This document shows, in pieces, positions 6,722 to 14,291 of a DNA stretch of 14,669 nucleotides (its first letter is position 1; every line of letters starts with the position of its first letter). Source of the DNA: Candidatus Eiseniibacteriota bacterium (GTDB lineage: Bacteria; Eisenbacteria; RBG-16-71-46). A program made the position numbers and the translations under genes. The stretch is from assembly GCA_963744995.1 (NCBI GenBank), contig CAVUWA010000008.1, forward strand, positions 1-14,669, read 5' to 3'. Below the pieces are notes generated by a model. That model had not been told where the DNA came from. It saw only the letters and a list, made by a program, of their open reading frames with translations, and did not search any database.

Positions 6722-7688
6722 CCCCAACCTGCCGCGCCCGCCGCGCCACCTCGCGCGAGCGAGCAAGCAGGTGTGGCGCGAGGTGGTCGCGCGGTGGGAG
6801 CTCGACCCGGGCGGGCTGATGCTGCTGCGTGGCGCGCTGGAATGTTGGGACACGTACGGCCGGGCGCGCGCCGAGCTTGCCGCCGCCGCCGCCGTCACCG
6901 TGACTTCGGACACCGGCGTCACACGCGCGCATCCCGCGCACAAAGTGGCGATGGACGCACTCTCTGAGTGCCGGCAATGTTGGCGGCAACTGGGCCTCGA
7001 GCCGCCCGAACATCCCGATGCGAGAATGGGCCGACTTCGCGTTGGCCAGGAAAGGAGCAACCCAATGACCCGTCGATCCCGACTCCGCGCCGTCCCGGCG
7101 AATCTTCGCGTCACGCCGGCGCAGCTGGCGTGTTTGCGCGACGAGTGGAGCCCACCCTCCGAGCCGCCCCCGCGCGGCCGGCGCGACATCTCTGCGTTCG
7201 AATACTATCGATGGGGCAAGGGTGGCACCCTTTCGCTGCATGATGCCTGGGAACAGGTCGGCGACTCGATTCTCGAAACGTGGATCCGCGAGAAGCCCGG
7301 CACGCGCCCGGCGGCCTGGTGGTCCCTCGACGCGCCGGAACCCGCCCGCCGCCGGCTCGGTGGCACGGGCGACCGGCTGAGTGAGTGCCTCGCGCACGGC
7401 GCCGGTCTCGCATACGGCATCCCGAGCGAGGGTTGGCTTACGCGAGCGAGGATCGCGCTCTATCACGGCCGCCTCGCCATCGTGCTGCGGAATCGCGTTG
7501 CCGGCCGCGATGCGATTCCCGTCGATCCGGACGACCCGCCGACGTTCGAGGCAGAGAGCGTGTACCTGGCGCGGCACGGCTTGCTGACGCCGGCCGAGCG
7601 GAAGCTGTACGACGCGGGCGGGCTGGACACGGAACCGGAGCTCGTCGTGCTCGAGGACGACGACGACGAACCGGGGCGCGCAGCGTAG
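6708..7688 (+). CDS. terS: P27-family terminase small subunit (first ~119 aa) continuing in frame into a ~207-aa hypothetical protein
   Basis: PRPPRHLARASKQVWREVV...AHPA...RQLGL is the P27-family pattern. AGGGGG RBS before ATG 6708; no stop codon until 7686-7688. Confidence 0.82.
   Translation: MPPADPNLPRPPRHLARASKQVWREVVARWELDPGGLMLLRGALECWDTYGRARAELAAAAAVTVTSDTGVTRAHPAHKVAMDALSECRQCWRQLGLEPPEHPDARMGRLRVGQERSNPMTRRSRLRAVPANLRVTPAQLACLRDEWSPPSEPPPRGRRDISAFEYYRWGKGGTLSLHDAWEQVGDSILETWIREKPGTRPAAWWSLDAPEPARRRLGGTGDRLSECLAHGAGLAYGIPSEGWLTRARIALYHGRLAIVLRNRVAGRDAIPVDPDDPPTFEAESVYLARHGLLTPAERKLYDAGGLDTEPELVVLEDDDDEPGRAA
7065..7688 (+). CDS. Hypothetical protein (207 aa) with its own start inside the terS frame
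   Basis: AAGGAG RBS at 7052-7057 and ATG at 7065; motifs PGTRPAAWW...PPTFE...YLARHGLL. Confidence 0.65.
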   Translation: MTRRSRLRAVPANLRVTPAQLACLRDEWSPPSEPPPRGRRDISAFEYYRWGKGGTLSLHDAWEQVGDSILETWIREKPGTRPAAWWSLDAPEPARRRLGGTGDRLSECLAHGAGLAYGIPSEGWLTRARIALYHGRLAIVLRNRVAGRDAIPVDPDDPPTFEAESVYLARHGLLTPAERKLYDAGGLDTEPELVVLEDDDDEPGRAA

Positions 7689-7700
7689 CGAAGGCCGAAC

Positions 7701-8054
7701 GTGGCACGGGCTCCCGGCGATCGGCAGGCGATGGAGGCGTTGCTCAGCGACGGCGAGCGCGGCGCGTTGTCTCAGATCTGCGCCGCCGTTCGGATCCCGC
7801 GTGACCGCTGGCACCATTCCGACGCGATCGCGCCAGCTTGGGAGATGTTGTCTGTCGCGCGCCTGGCGGCCGACCTCTACCGCCGCGGAAAAATGACCGA
7901 GCGGCGAGCGGTCGACGACGCAGCGCGCCGCCTGCATTTGAACGTCGAGACCGTGCGCAGCCGTTGGAAGCGGTGGCCGCTCTCCGTGCACTCCCTTCCG
8001 CAGCGTCGGTGCACGGTGCACCTAGACTCTACCGTCTCCGACGTGGCCGCGTGA
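7701..8054 (+). CDS. Putative HTH regulator (117 aa)
   Basis: AVDDAARRLHLNVETVRSRWKRW is a helix-turn-helix pattern; tiles between neighbouring genes. Confidence 0.55.
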   Translation: MARAPGDRQAMEALLSDGERGALSQICAAVRIPRDRWHHSDAIAPAWEMLSVARLAADLYRRGKMTERRAVDDAARRLHLNVETVRSRWKRWPLSVHSLPQRRCTVHLDSTVSDVAA

Positions 8055-8064
8055 TCTTCGCATC

Positions 8065-8298
8065 ATGAGCATCACGATCGATGAACTTCGCCGCCGCATC
8101 GAGCGGGCGCACGACGCCGAGCGCCGAGTGCGCCGCGCCATCGCGAGCTGCGTCCTGGGCGATGAGGGCGCGCCTGTACTTCGCCAGCTGCGCGCGGAGC
8201 GTGACGAGATCGAGGCCAACCTGACGGACTTGTACTCCGCGATCGGCGAGCTCGAGTCGGCCGCGCTCGCCGACCGCTTCCTCACGAGGGCACCATGA
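8065..8298 (+). CDS. Small coiled-coil hypothetical protein (77 aa)
   Basis: Helical heptads; ATGA overlap with the next gene. Confidence 0.7.
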   Translation: MSITIDELRRRIERAHDAERRVRRAIASCVLGDEGAPVLRQLRAERDEIEANLTDLYSAIGELESAALADRFLTRAP

Positions 8299-9026
8299 CG
8301 AAGACCGCCGCCGCGACGAAGGCTCCGGCCCGGGCTCCCGGGCTTGCCGATCGCATCGCCGAGCTCCGCACTTCCTGGACCGCGATCAATGCCGACATCC
8401 GCAAGGCGCTCGAGGCCGCCGCCGCCGCCTTCGACTTCCCGGCTCGACTGATGGCACGCTGGCGCGCCGGGGCGTCCCGCCAGTTCGGCAACGACATCGA
8501 AACGTGTGGGCGCGCCGTTGGCCGCGGTGCGGATCCGGCCCTCGTCGCGGCTGCCGTCCATGCGCTCGAAGCCGCGCTCCCCCGGCTCGCCACGCTCCCG
8601 GCCCGCACGCCGCTCTTGAACCGCCGGCTCGCAGGGCTCGAGCAGCTGCGCGAGCACGCATCGGGCGAGGGCGTGCGGCACGATCGCGCCGCGATCCGCG
8701 CCGAGCTCGCCGAACTGCGCACCACATGGACGAGCATCCGGGACGATGCGGTCGTCGGCCTGGACCCGACGCACCGGCGCTCCTCGACCCTGCTCAAGAA
8801 CCTCAATGTTCTCCAACACGAGATCGAGGTCGTCGAGCACGCCTTCGCGACGCGCGGCGTGCCGCTGTCGCGGATCGAGGTCGCAATCGAGATCGTCCGC
8901 GACGGTCTGAATCGTGTTCGTGATCTTCGCCGCGGCGACGCGCTGTTCTCGGCTGACCACGCGTTCTTCTCGGTCCTGAAGGTCGATGGCTTCTTGAACC
9001 CACAACGTTCCGCAGGAGAAGCTTGA
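8295..9026 (+). CDS. Alpha-helical protein made of two ~117-aa repeats
   Basis: GAGG RBS; IAELRTSWTAINAD versus LAELRTTWTSIRDD, 351 nt apart. Confidence 0.7.
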   Translation: MTKTAAATKAPARAPGLADRIAELRTSWTAINADIRKALEAAAAAFDFPARLMARWRAGASRQFGNDIETCGRAVGRGADPALVAAAVHALEAALPRLATLPARTPLLNRRLAGLEQLREHASGEGVRHDRAAIRAELAELRTTWTSIRDDAVVGLDPTHRRSSTLLKNLNVLQHEIEVVEHAFATRGVPLSRIEVAIEIVRDGLNRVRDLRRGDALFSADHAFFSVLKVDGFLNPQRSAGEA

Positions 9027-9027
9027 T

Positions 9028-9762
9028 ATGTTCAACATCAGCAGCTGGGGTCGCGGACGCGACCGGTCCAGCGATTTGGCTGTCCTCGAGCGCGAGGGCA
9101 TCATCACCCCGCCGCCGGATCCGGCCGCGCCCGAGTCGCGCGCCGGTCTCTTCGCGAAGCGCACCGAGCTACGGGCCGTGATCGACCGCGCCCAGGGCGC
9201 GGTCGAGAAGATCGCCGCGCTCGGCGATCAACGCGCGAAACTCCGCGAGAAACTCCGCGCCCAGGTCGCGCCGATCGAGGGCCGCATCGGCGCGCTGAAA
9301 GGCCAGATGACGCAAGCGACGGCAGCGCGGCGCGAGCTGGAGCATGTCGAGACGCAGATCCGCCTCACCGCGTCGCCCGTCTTCCGCGTCGTCGACGGTT
9401 GGCTGCTGAACGTCATCGACCATCTGCGCACCCACACGTTGGGCGTCGAGGCGGGGCGGGATCTCGACATGCTCGAATCCCTCGAGCGTGCCGGCGTCCC
9501 GCGGCGCGGCGATTCCGATGGCCGCTTTTCGTCGTACCAGATGCTCAAGCGCGCCGCGACGGTCGCCGGCGCCGCGGCCGAGCTCGTGGATCGGCTCGAG
9601 GCGGAGCGGGCCCATTTCGCCGGGCTCGCGCTTTCGCTGGACCCTGACCTGGCCGGTGAGGTCCGTCGGCTCGCCGGCCTCGTTCCGCGCGCTTGCCCGG
9701 GGGCCACCGCGCATAAGCCCTGCACTACGCCGTTGCCGCACCTCGCGGATGGGCTCGCATGA
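9028..9762 (+). CDS. Coiled-coil hypothetical protein (244 aa)
   Basis: AGGAG RBS; long heptad-rich N-terminal half; ATGA overlap with the protease gene. Confidence 0.72.
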   Translation: MFNISSWGRGRDRSSDLAVLEREGIITPPPDPAAPESRAGLFAKRTELRAVIDRAQGAVEKIAALGDQRAKLREKLRAQVAPIEGRIGALKGQMTQATAARRELEHVETQIRLTASPVFRVVDGWLLNVIDHLRTHTLGVEAGRDLDMLESLERAGVPRRGDSDGRFSSYQMLKRAATVAGAAAELVDRLEAERAHFAGLALSLDPDLAGEVRRLAGLVPRACPGATAHKPCTTPLPHLADGLA

Positions 9763-10478
9763 GCTACTACGGCGAGGATCGAGTCGGCGCATATCATGAA
9801 GCTGGCCACGCGACCGCCACCGTTGTGCGCGGCGGTCGCGTGGAGAGGGTGACGCTCGACGCGATGTACGAGGCGGCGGACTTTGACCTCGACCCGTGGT
9901 CGCGCTGCATCATGCTCGCGGCCGGCGCGGTCTCCGCGCGGCTGTTCACCGACTGGCGCTCGCCGTCGCGCGAGATGTCGTCGAAGGATGGCGAGTTGTT
10001 CAACCTGGCCCTCGAACAGCTGGGCCGCGCGCCGAGCAGTCACCATGTCGAGGCTGCCGAGCAGGAGGCGAAGGCGCTCCTGCTCGGCAACGACCGCGTC
10101 GTCCACGAGCTCGCGCATGAGCTGCTGCGCGCCGGCGAGGTCTCCGGCGCCGAAGTACACCGCATCGTTGGGGGACGCGGCCCCGCGGCTGACGTCGTTC
10201 CGCTCCCGGTTCCTGCCGCGGGCGGCGCCGTGACGGTCTCGTACCGATCGTGGCCGCTGCGAGCCGGCGGCTTCGCCGCGGCCGTGGCTCCGCTCGGTCG
10301 CGGCTCGCTGCCGTCCGGCCTCGAAACCACCGCCGGCAGCGAGGACGCCGCGATCGATGCACTCGGCGAGAAGTGTGCACGCGAACTCGGCCGCCCGGTC
10401 GCGCTGGTGCCGGAAGCAGAGCCGGCCGTCGCCGCGGTGACGCTCGTCGACGTCGATCTCGGCCCGGCCGATGTGTGA
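9759..10478 (+). CDS. Stand-alone peptidase M41-like (FtsH protease domain-like) zinc metalloprotein with a C-terminal extra domain
   Basis: AYHEAGHA (HExxH), AAGAVS and AKALL...VHELAHELLRAGEVSGAEVHRIV; no AAA or transmembrane segment. Confidence 0.8.
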   Translation: MSYYGEDRVGAYHEAGHATATVVRGGRVERVTLDAMYEAADFDLDPWSRCIMLAAGAVSARLFTDWRSPSREMSSKDGELFNLALEQLGRAPSSHHVEAAEQEAKALLLGNDRVVHELAHELLRAGEVSGAEVHRIVGGRGPAADVVPLPVPAAGGAVTVSYRSWPLRAGGFAAAVAPLGRGSLPSGLETTAGSEDAAIDALGEKCARELGRPVALVPEAEPAVAAVTLVDVDLGPADV

Positions 10479-10696
10479 TGGAAAAGGCGGGTGCGGTCCG
10501 ACCTGGGTCTCCGGTCAGGAAGGCGTGAGCGGGTCGTCGGGCGCCCGGCCGCCCCGTCTTTTCCTCCTCTCGACGTATTCACCATCCGCCGCTTGCAGCG
10601 GGGTCCACAGGCGCGCAGCTGGCCGCGCCGGACGTGGCGAAGAGCGGGTGTCACCTCGCGCCCGGCCCCGTCCTCCCGGCTCACCATGGGACATCG

Positions 10697-10996
10697 ATGA
10701 TTCGTGACCCGCTCCTGATCGATTCGCGCGACTTGCCCCGCGGCGAAGAGCTGCGCGTCGAACTCTCCGACTATCGCGGGTTCACGTACATCGGCCTCCG
10801 GCGTTGGTACCGGAACGGCGACGGCTTCGCCCCCGGCAAGGGTCTCAGCATGCGCGCGACGATGATCCCATGGCTCCGGCGGGTCCTCGAGCAGGCAGAG
10901 GCGCGGGCCCTCGAGCTGGGGCTGCTCGACGAGGAAAGCTACGAGGCGTGCGGCCTGCCGGTTCCGGCCGAAATCACCGGCGCGGCAGCGGCCTGA
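10697..10996 (+). CDS. PC4/YdbC-family ssDNA-binding protein (99 aa)
   Basis: EELRVELSDYRGFTYIGLRRWY...FAPGKGLSM is the PC4 pattern. Confidence 0.85.
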   Translation: MIRDPLLIDSRDLPRGEELRVELSDYRGFTYIGLRRWYRNGDGFAPGKGLSMRATMIPWLRRVLEQAEARALELGLLDEESYEACGLPVPAEITGAAAA

Positions 10997-11229
10997 TGGC
11001 GACGTTCAACGTCGAGGTGGTCGAGCTCGAGCTGCCGGCCGGGCGCTGCGTCAGGCTCGCGAAGTGGACGGACCCGCAAGGCGTGCCGGTGCGGTTCGCG
11101 CTCACCACAGGCTATCAGAGCGACCGCGACACGTGGCAGCACACGGATCGCGGCATTGAGATTTCGCCGCGCATCGCCGCCGACGTCGCCCGCGCGCTGG
11201 CCGAACTCGCCGGGCCCGGCAACCCATGA
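10996..11229 (+). CDS. Small protein (77 aa), possibly a divergent PC4-fold paralogue
   Basis: TGATG coupling; beta-rich N-terminus, then WQHTDRGIEISPRIAADVARAL, which parallels the PC4 C-terminal motif. Confidence 0.6.
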   Translation: MATFNVEVVELELPAGRCVRLAKWTDPQGVPVRFALTTGYQSDRDTWQHTDRGIEISPRIAADVARALAELAGPGNP

Positions 11230-11648
11230 CGCGCCGCCTGCCCCCCTCCTGGCATGCGCGCCGCCCGCCGCGCCGGCTGCTCGACCCCCGTGTGTGGGGG
11301 TACGAGCCCGCCCCAGAGGGCGCCGAGAATCGCGCATGCGCGACGATCAGGGCGGGAGGCCCTGCCGGTCGACCGTCGTCCGGGTCGCAAGCGGTACTCG
11401 AGCCGCCCCACACGAACCGCGCGGCCGCCGCGCTTGTGGGTGAGGCCAGGACGGGCGAGGCGCGCCAGCATCGGTCAGCCGGCGGGCGTCGCGGTCGATG
11501 CACCGACTGCTACGCCGCGGTCCGTCGATCACGATGCTGGGGAGCGGTGGTGACGGGCTGGCTGCCGTTCTGGCGGGGCTGCCGGTCCCCCGCGAGCCCG
11601 CGGTCGCGGCGTCATCCTCCCGGTGCGTGGAGCCGCCCCTCGACGTGA
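11226..11648 (+). CDS. Possible hypothetical protein (140 aa)
   Basis: Only the ATGA overlap with the previous gene supports it; the sequence is R/G/P-rich and low in complexity. Confidence 0.3.
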   Translation: MTRRLPPSWHARRPPRRLLDPRVWGYEPAPEGAENRACATIRAGGPAGRPSSGSQAVLEPPHTNRAAAALVGEARTGEARQHRSAGGRRGRCTDCYAAVRRSRCWGAVVTGWLPFWRGCRSPASPRSRRHPPGAWSRPST

Positions 11649-11934
11649 TTCCGGCCGGAATCGACTACAGGAGCTGGAGCGCCGGCTCTTTCCGGCCGCC
11701 GTTCGCTCGTCGGTGGTGATCGCCCGCACCGCGCTCGAGCGGATAGCGGGCCTCGCGGACGCCGGGACGCGGCGCCTGGCCGGAGGCGGTCCACCGACGT
11801 CCGAGCTGCCGGCGCTCGAGTTCAAACTGACGAGAACGGGTGAGGGGTAGGTTGCGGGCCAGTCGCCCCGGGCGGTATCGTGGCGCTGCCTGCCGATCCT
11901 TGCGGCAGGGAGACCCTGCCACGGGGGGGACGGT

Positions 11935-12255
11935 TTGCCGACGAACATCAAGATCACATGGGGAGATCCGGCCTCGCCCCGGCCGGTGCCCGAGCCTGCC
12001 AGCGTGTTCCGCTTCGCGTTCTCCGGTTCGGAGGTCCAGATGCTCGTGGGGTACGTCGATCTCGATAAGCTGTTGAACCTTCCTGACCAGGACGTGGTAG
12101 AAGTCTCGGCGGAATTGACGCACCGGTTCACAATGTCACCGCGCGGGCTGTTCCAACTCAAGGCGCAGGTCGACGAGATCACGAAGAAGTTGAAGGACGG
12201 CATCGACCTGGCGATGGCAACACGGATGCCGACCGAGCCGGAAGACACGGCATGA
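11935..12255 (+). CDS. Hypothetical protein, DUF3467-like
   Basis: G-rich RBS and TTG start; ASVFRFAFSGSEVQMLVGY...HRFTMSPRGLFQLKAQV resembles the DUF3467 strand/helix pattern. Confidence 0.6.
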   Translation: MPTNIKITWGDPASPRPVPEPASVFRFAFSGSEVQMLVGYVDLDKLLNLPDQDVVEVSAELTHRFTMSPRGLFQLKAQVDEITKKLKDGIDLAMATRMPTEPEDTA

Positions 12256-12689
12256 ACGGCATCTACACGCGATCGTATGGTACGGGGAGCCAACTCCCGA
12301 ACGGCTCCGGCCTGTTCGCCGGCCTGACGCCCGGGTCGATGGACGAGTTCTCGCAGGCGCAGGAGGCGGACAACCTCATCCTCATCCTGCCGGAGTGGCC
12401 GGCGTTGGACGCGCTCGCCCTCGACGAGACCGACTTCATCCGTGTGCATGTACTGACCCCCGTGGTCGACGCCGTCCGTGACGCGCTGCGCGAGCGGTTC
12501 GGCGAGGACGTCCCGGTCACGCGAGAGCTGCGGAGCGGCGACGACGCGTATCTGCAGATGGAGGCGGTCGTGCCGGTCGCCGCGACCGACGAACTGCTCG
12601 ACGCCGAAGAGTCGATCGGCGAGCTGGTGCTGGAACGCTTCGGCTTCGACACGGCCGTCCGCGTCAATGTCCGGCTACGCCGCCCGTGA
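12252..12689 (+). CDS. Acidic hypothetical protein, probable partner/antitoxin of the HEPN protein
   Basis: 4-nt overlaps on both sides; D/E-rich; directly upstream of the HEPN gene. Confidence 0.65.
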   Translation: MNGIYTRSYGTGSQLPNGSGLFAGLTPGSMDEFSQAQEADNLILILPEWPALDALALDETDFIRVHVLTPVVDAVRDALRERFGEDVPVTRELRSGDDAYLQMEAVVPVAATDELLDAEESIGELVLERFGFDTAVRVNVRLRRP

Positions 12690-13099
12690 CGTTCGACCCC
12701 GCCGATTGGCACGCAGTCGGCGTGGCCTGCGCGGCCGGGTTGGAGGGGGCGCCCGAGGAGGCGTCGCGCCGCACCGCGATAGGCCGCGCGTACTACGCGG
12801 CGCTCCTGAGCATCAAGCGACGAGTCGAGGCCGTTCAGGGCGAAGGCGTCGTACCCGAAGCGCGCATCCACTCAGCGGTCCCGAGGGCGCTGAAGGACAG
12901 CGGGCTTAGGGAGTTCCGTCGCGTCATCGATCTCCTGCGCGACCTCAAGGAAGACCGCGAGGATGCGGACTATGAGATCGACGTCGAGCCATTCAAGGCT
13001 GACGAGGTCGAGGAGGCGCTCAAGCGGAGCCGGCGGCTACTCGACCTGCTCACAGCGATCCCCGCCGAGAGGTACCGCAACCTCACGTTCGGCGGGTGA
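12686..13099 (+). CDS. HEPN-domain protein (UPF0332/COG1895-like)
   Basis: RTAIGRAYYAA, a central H and LRDLKEDREDADY (RxxADY). Confidence 0.85.
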   Translation: MTFDPADWHAVGVACAAGLEGAPEEASRRTAIGRAYYAALLSIKRRVEAVQGEGVVPEARIHSAVPRALKDSGLREFRRVIDLLRDLKEDREDADYEIDVEPFKADEVEEALKRSRRLLDLLTAIPAERYRNLTFGG

Positions 13100-13129
13100 C
13101 GCACGGGCGGCGAGTGAGGGAGGCCGACG

Positions 13130-13432
13130 GTGAAAGAGCCGTGGGAGATCTACGCCGACGAACTGTGGCGTGAGGTCAAACGTCGAGGCAATCGCGGCGC
13201 GGACGGGCAGCTTGAGATCACAATGGCTGCTCTCCAAGAGGCTGGAATGGCGGCCGGTAAGGCCACGGCCTACCACCTGATCGACGTGCTCGGCTGGCGC
13301 AAGGGAGAAGCGATGGAGCTGTTGCGCCGATTCAACGAAACGCGCCTGCAGGGGGACCTATCGGGCCTTGAGGCGTTGCGAGCCGGCTACCGCGACGCGT
13401 ACACGACGTACATGCTCGAAAAGCGACGCTGA
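13130..13432 (+). CDS. Hypothetical helical protein (100 aa)
   Basis: Strong GAGGGAGG RBS before GTG; normal protein composition. Confidence 0.7.
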   Translation: MKEPWEIYADELWREVKRRGNRGADGQLEITMAALQEAGMAAGKATAYHLIDVLGWRKGEAMELLRRFNETRLQGDLSGLEALRAGYRDAYTTYMLEKRR

Positions 13433-13470
13433 GGCAGAGCACAACGCGGCTCAGGCATCGGAGGTCCGCC

Positions 13471-13974
13471 ATGGCCGTCCCCCCGTGGCTCCTGGTCATC
13501 TTCACGGCGATCCTGGCAGCCGCAGCGATCGCGCAGGCAATTTCAGCCCACCGACAGGCGTCGGCGAACGAGCGGCTGTCGAGGCTGACGGAACAGTACG
13601 TCGAGCTTACCCATGGCCTGCTGGCAGAAACGAGGGCAGCGAGCGAACGCGAGAGTGCCCGGGAACGGGCCGCGGCGGCGGGTGGTCGTGCAACGCTCCG
13701 ACAGCATGCGCGGGAGGCGATCGCGTTCCTCGGCCGACTCGACGAGGACGATGCCGGTGGGGTCTACCTCAGCGGTTCGAATGCATCTCGCCTTGCCGGC
13801 TTCGCGAGTATGGTTGAAAGGGACCTGTCCGCCCTCCGCCTCGCGGCGGGTCCCGGGCGGGAGGCCGTGGCGGAGATGTACCAGCTCGCCGACCAGCGCC
13901 GAGTCGAACCCCTGAAGACGGCCCGGACGCACCTTCACAAGCTCGTGGAGCAGCTCGAGCGGGGAGGCCCGTGA
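13471..13974 (+). CDS. Membrane-anchored hypothetical protein (167 aa)
   Basis: GGAGGT RBS; N-terminal hydrophobic helix WLLVIFTAILAAAAIAQAI followed by a coiled coil. Confidence 0.75.
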   Translation: MAVPPWLLVIFTAILAAAAIAQAISAHRQASANERLSRLTEQYVELTHGLLAETRAASERESARERAAAAGGRATLRQHAREAIAFLGRLDEDDAGGVYLSGSNASRLAGFASMVERDLSALRLAAGPGREAVAEMYQLADQRRVEPLKTARTHLHKLVEQLERGGP

Positions 13975-14154
13975 TGGCGATCTGCTCGAGGCCTTCGATG
14001 CGGTCCTCAATGTCGTCCGTCGGACCAACCAGGCCTTCACGGGTGAATACTCCGCCATCGTTGGCCAACGGGAAGCGACGGCCAATGCGATCGAGCGCGT
14101 GAACCGGTGGCTCGCCAACAACCGCGGCGGCTGACGAGACGGGCGCGCATCCGG

Positions 14155-14186
14155 CTGGACACGTTTCTGGACACGTCGGCGTCCAA
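14155..14186. repeat. Right integrase arm-type site cluster
   Basis: CTGGACACGTTTCTGGACACGTCGGCGTCCAA, a direct-orientation near-copy of 104-136, about 105 bp inside attR. Confidence 0.8.
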
Positions 14187-14291
14187 AAGGGCGCAAAACA
14201 GGCGAAAACCCGAAGGGTCCCGAAGGCGGGCTTACCCGTTGCCGGCGTGAGAGATAGCAAACGTCGCGCAAGGGTGCGAAAACCCGTAGTT

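Noticed and set aside
9759..10478. ftsH gene call
   Set aside because: Lacks the AAA+ ATPase and transmembrane segments; only the protease-like domain is present.
10471..10707. Small ORFs between the protease and PC4 genes
   Set aside because: Several competing frames, none with a clear RBS or motif, so none can be chosen.
13769..14260. Minus-strand 163-aa ORF containing DDIEDRIEGLE, similar to the 6539 ORF
   Set aside because: It runs through the arm sites and overlaps 13471..13974 antisense; the similarity is a short generic heptad.
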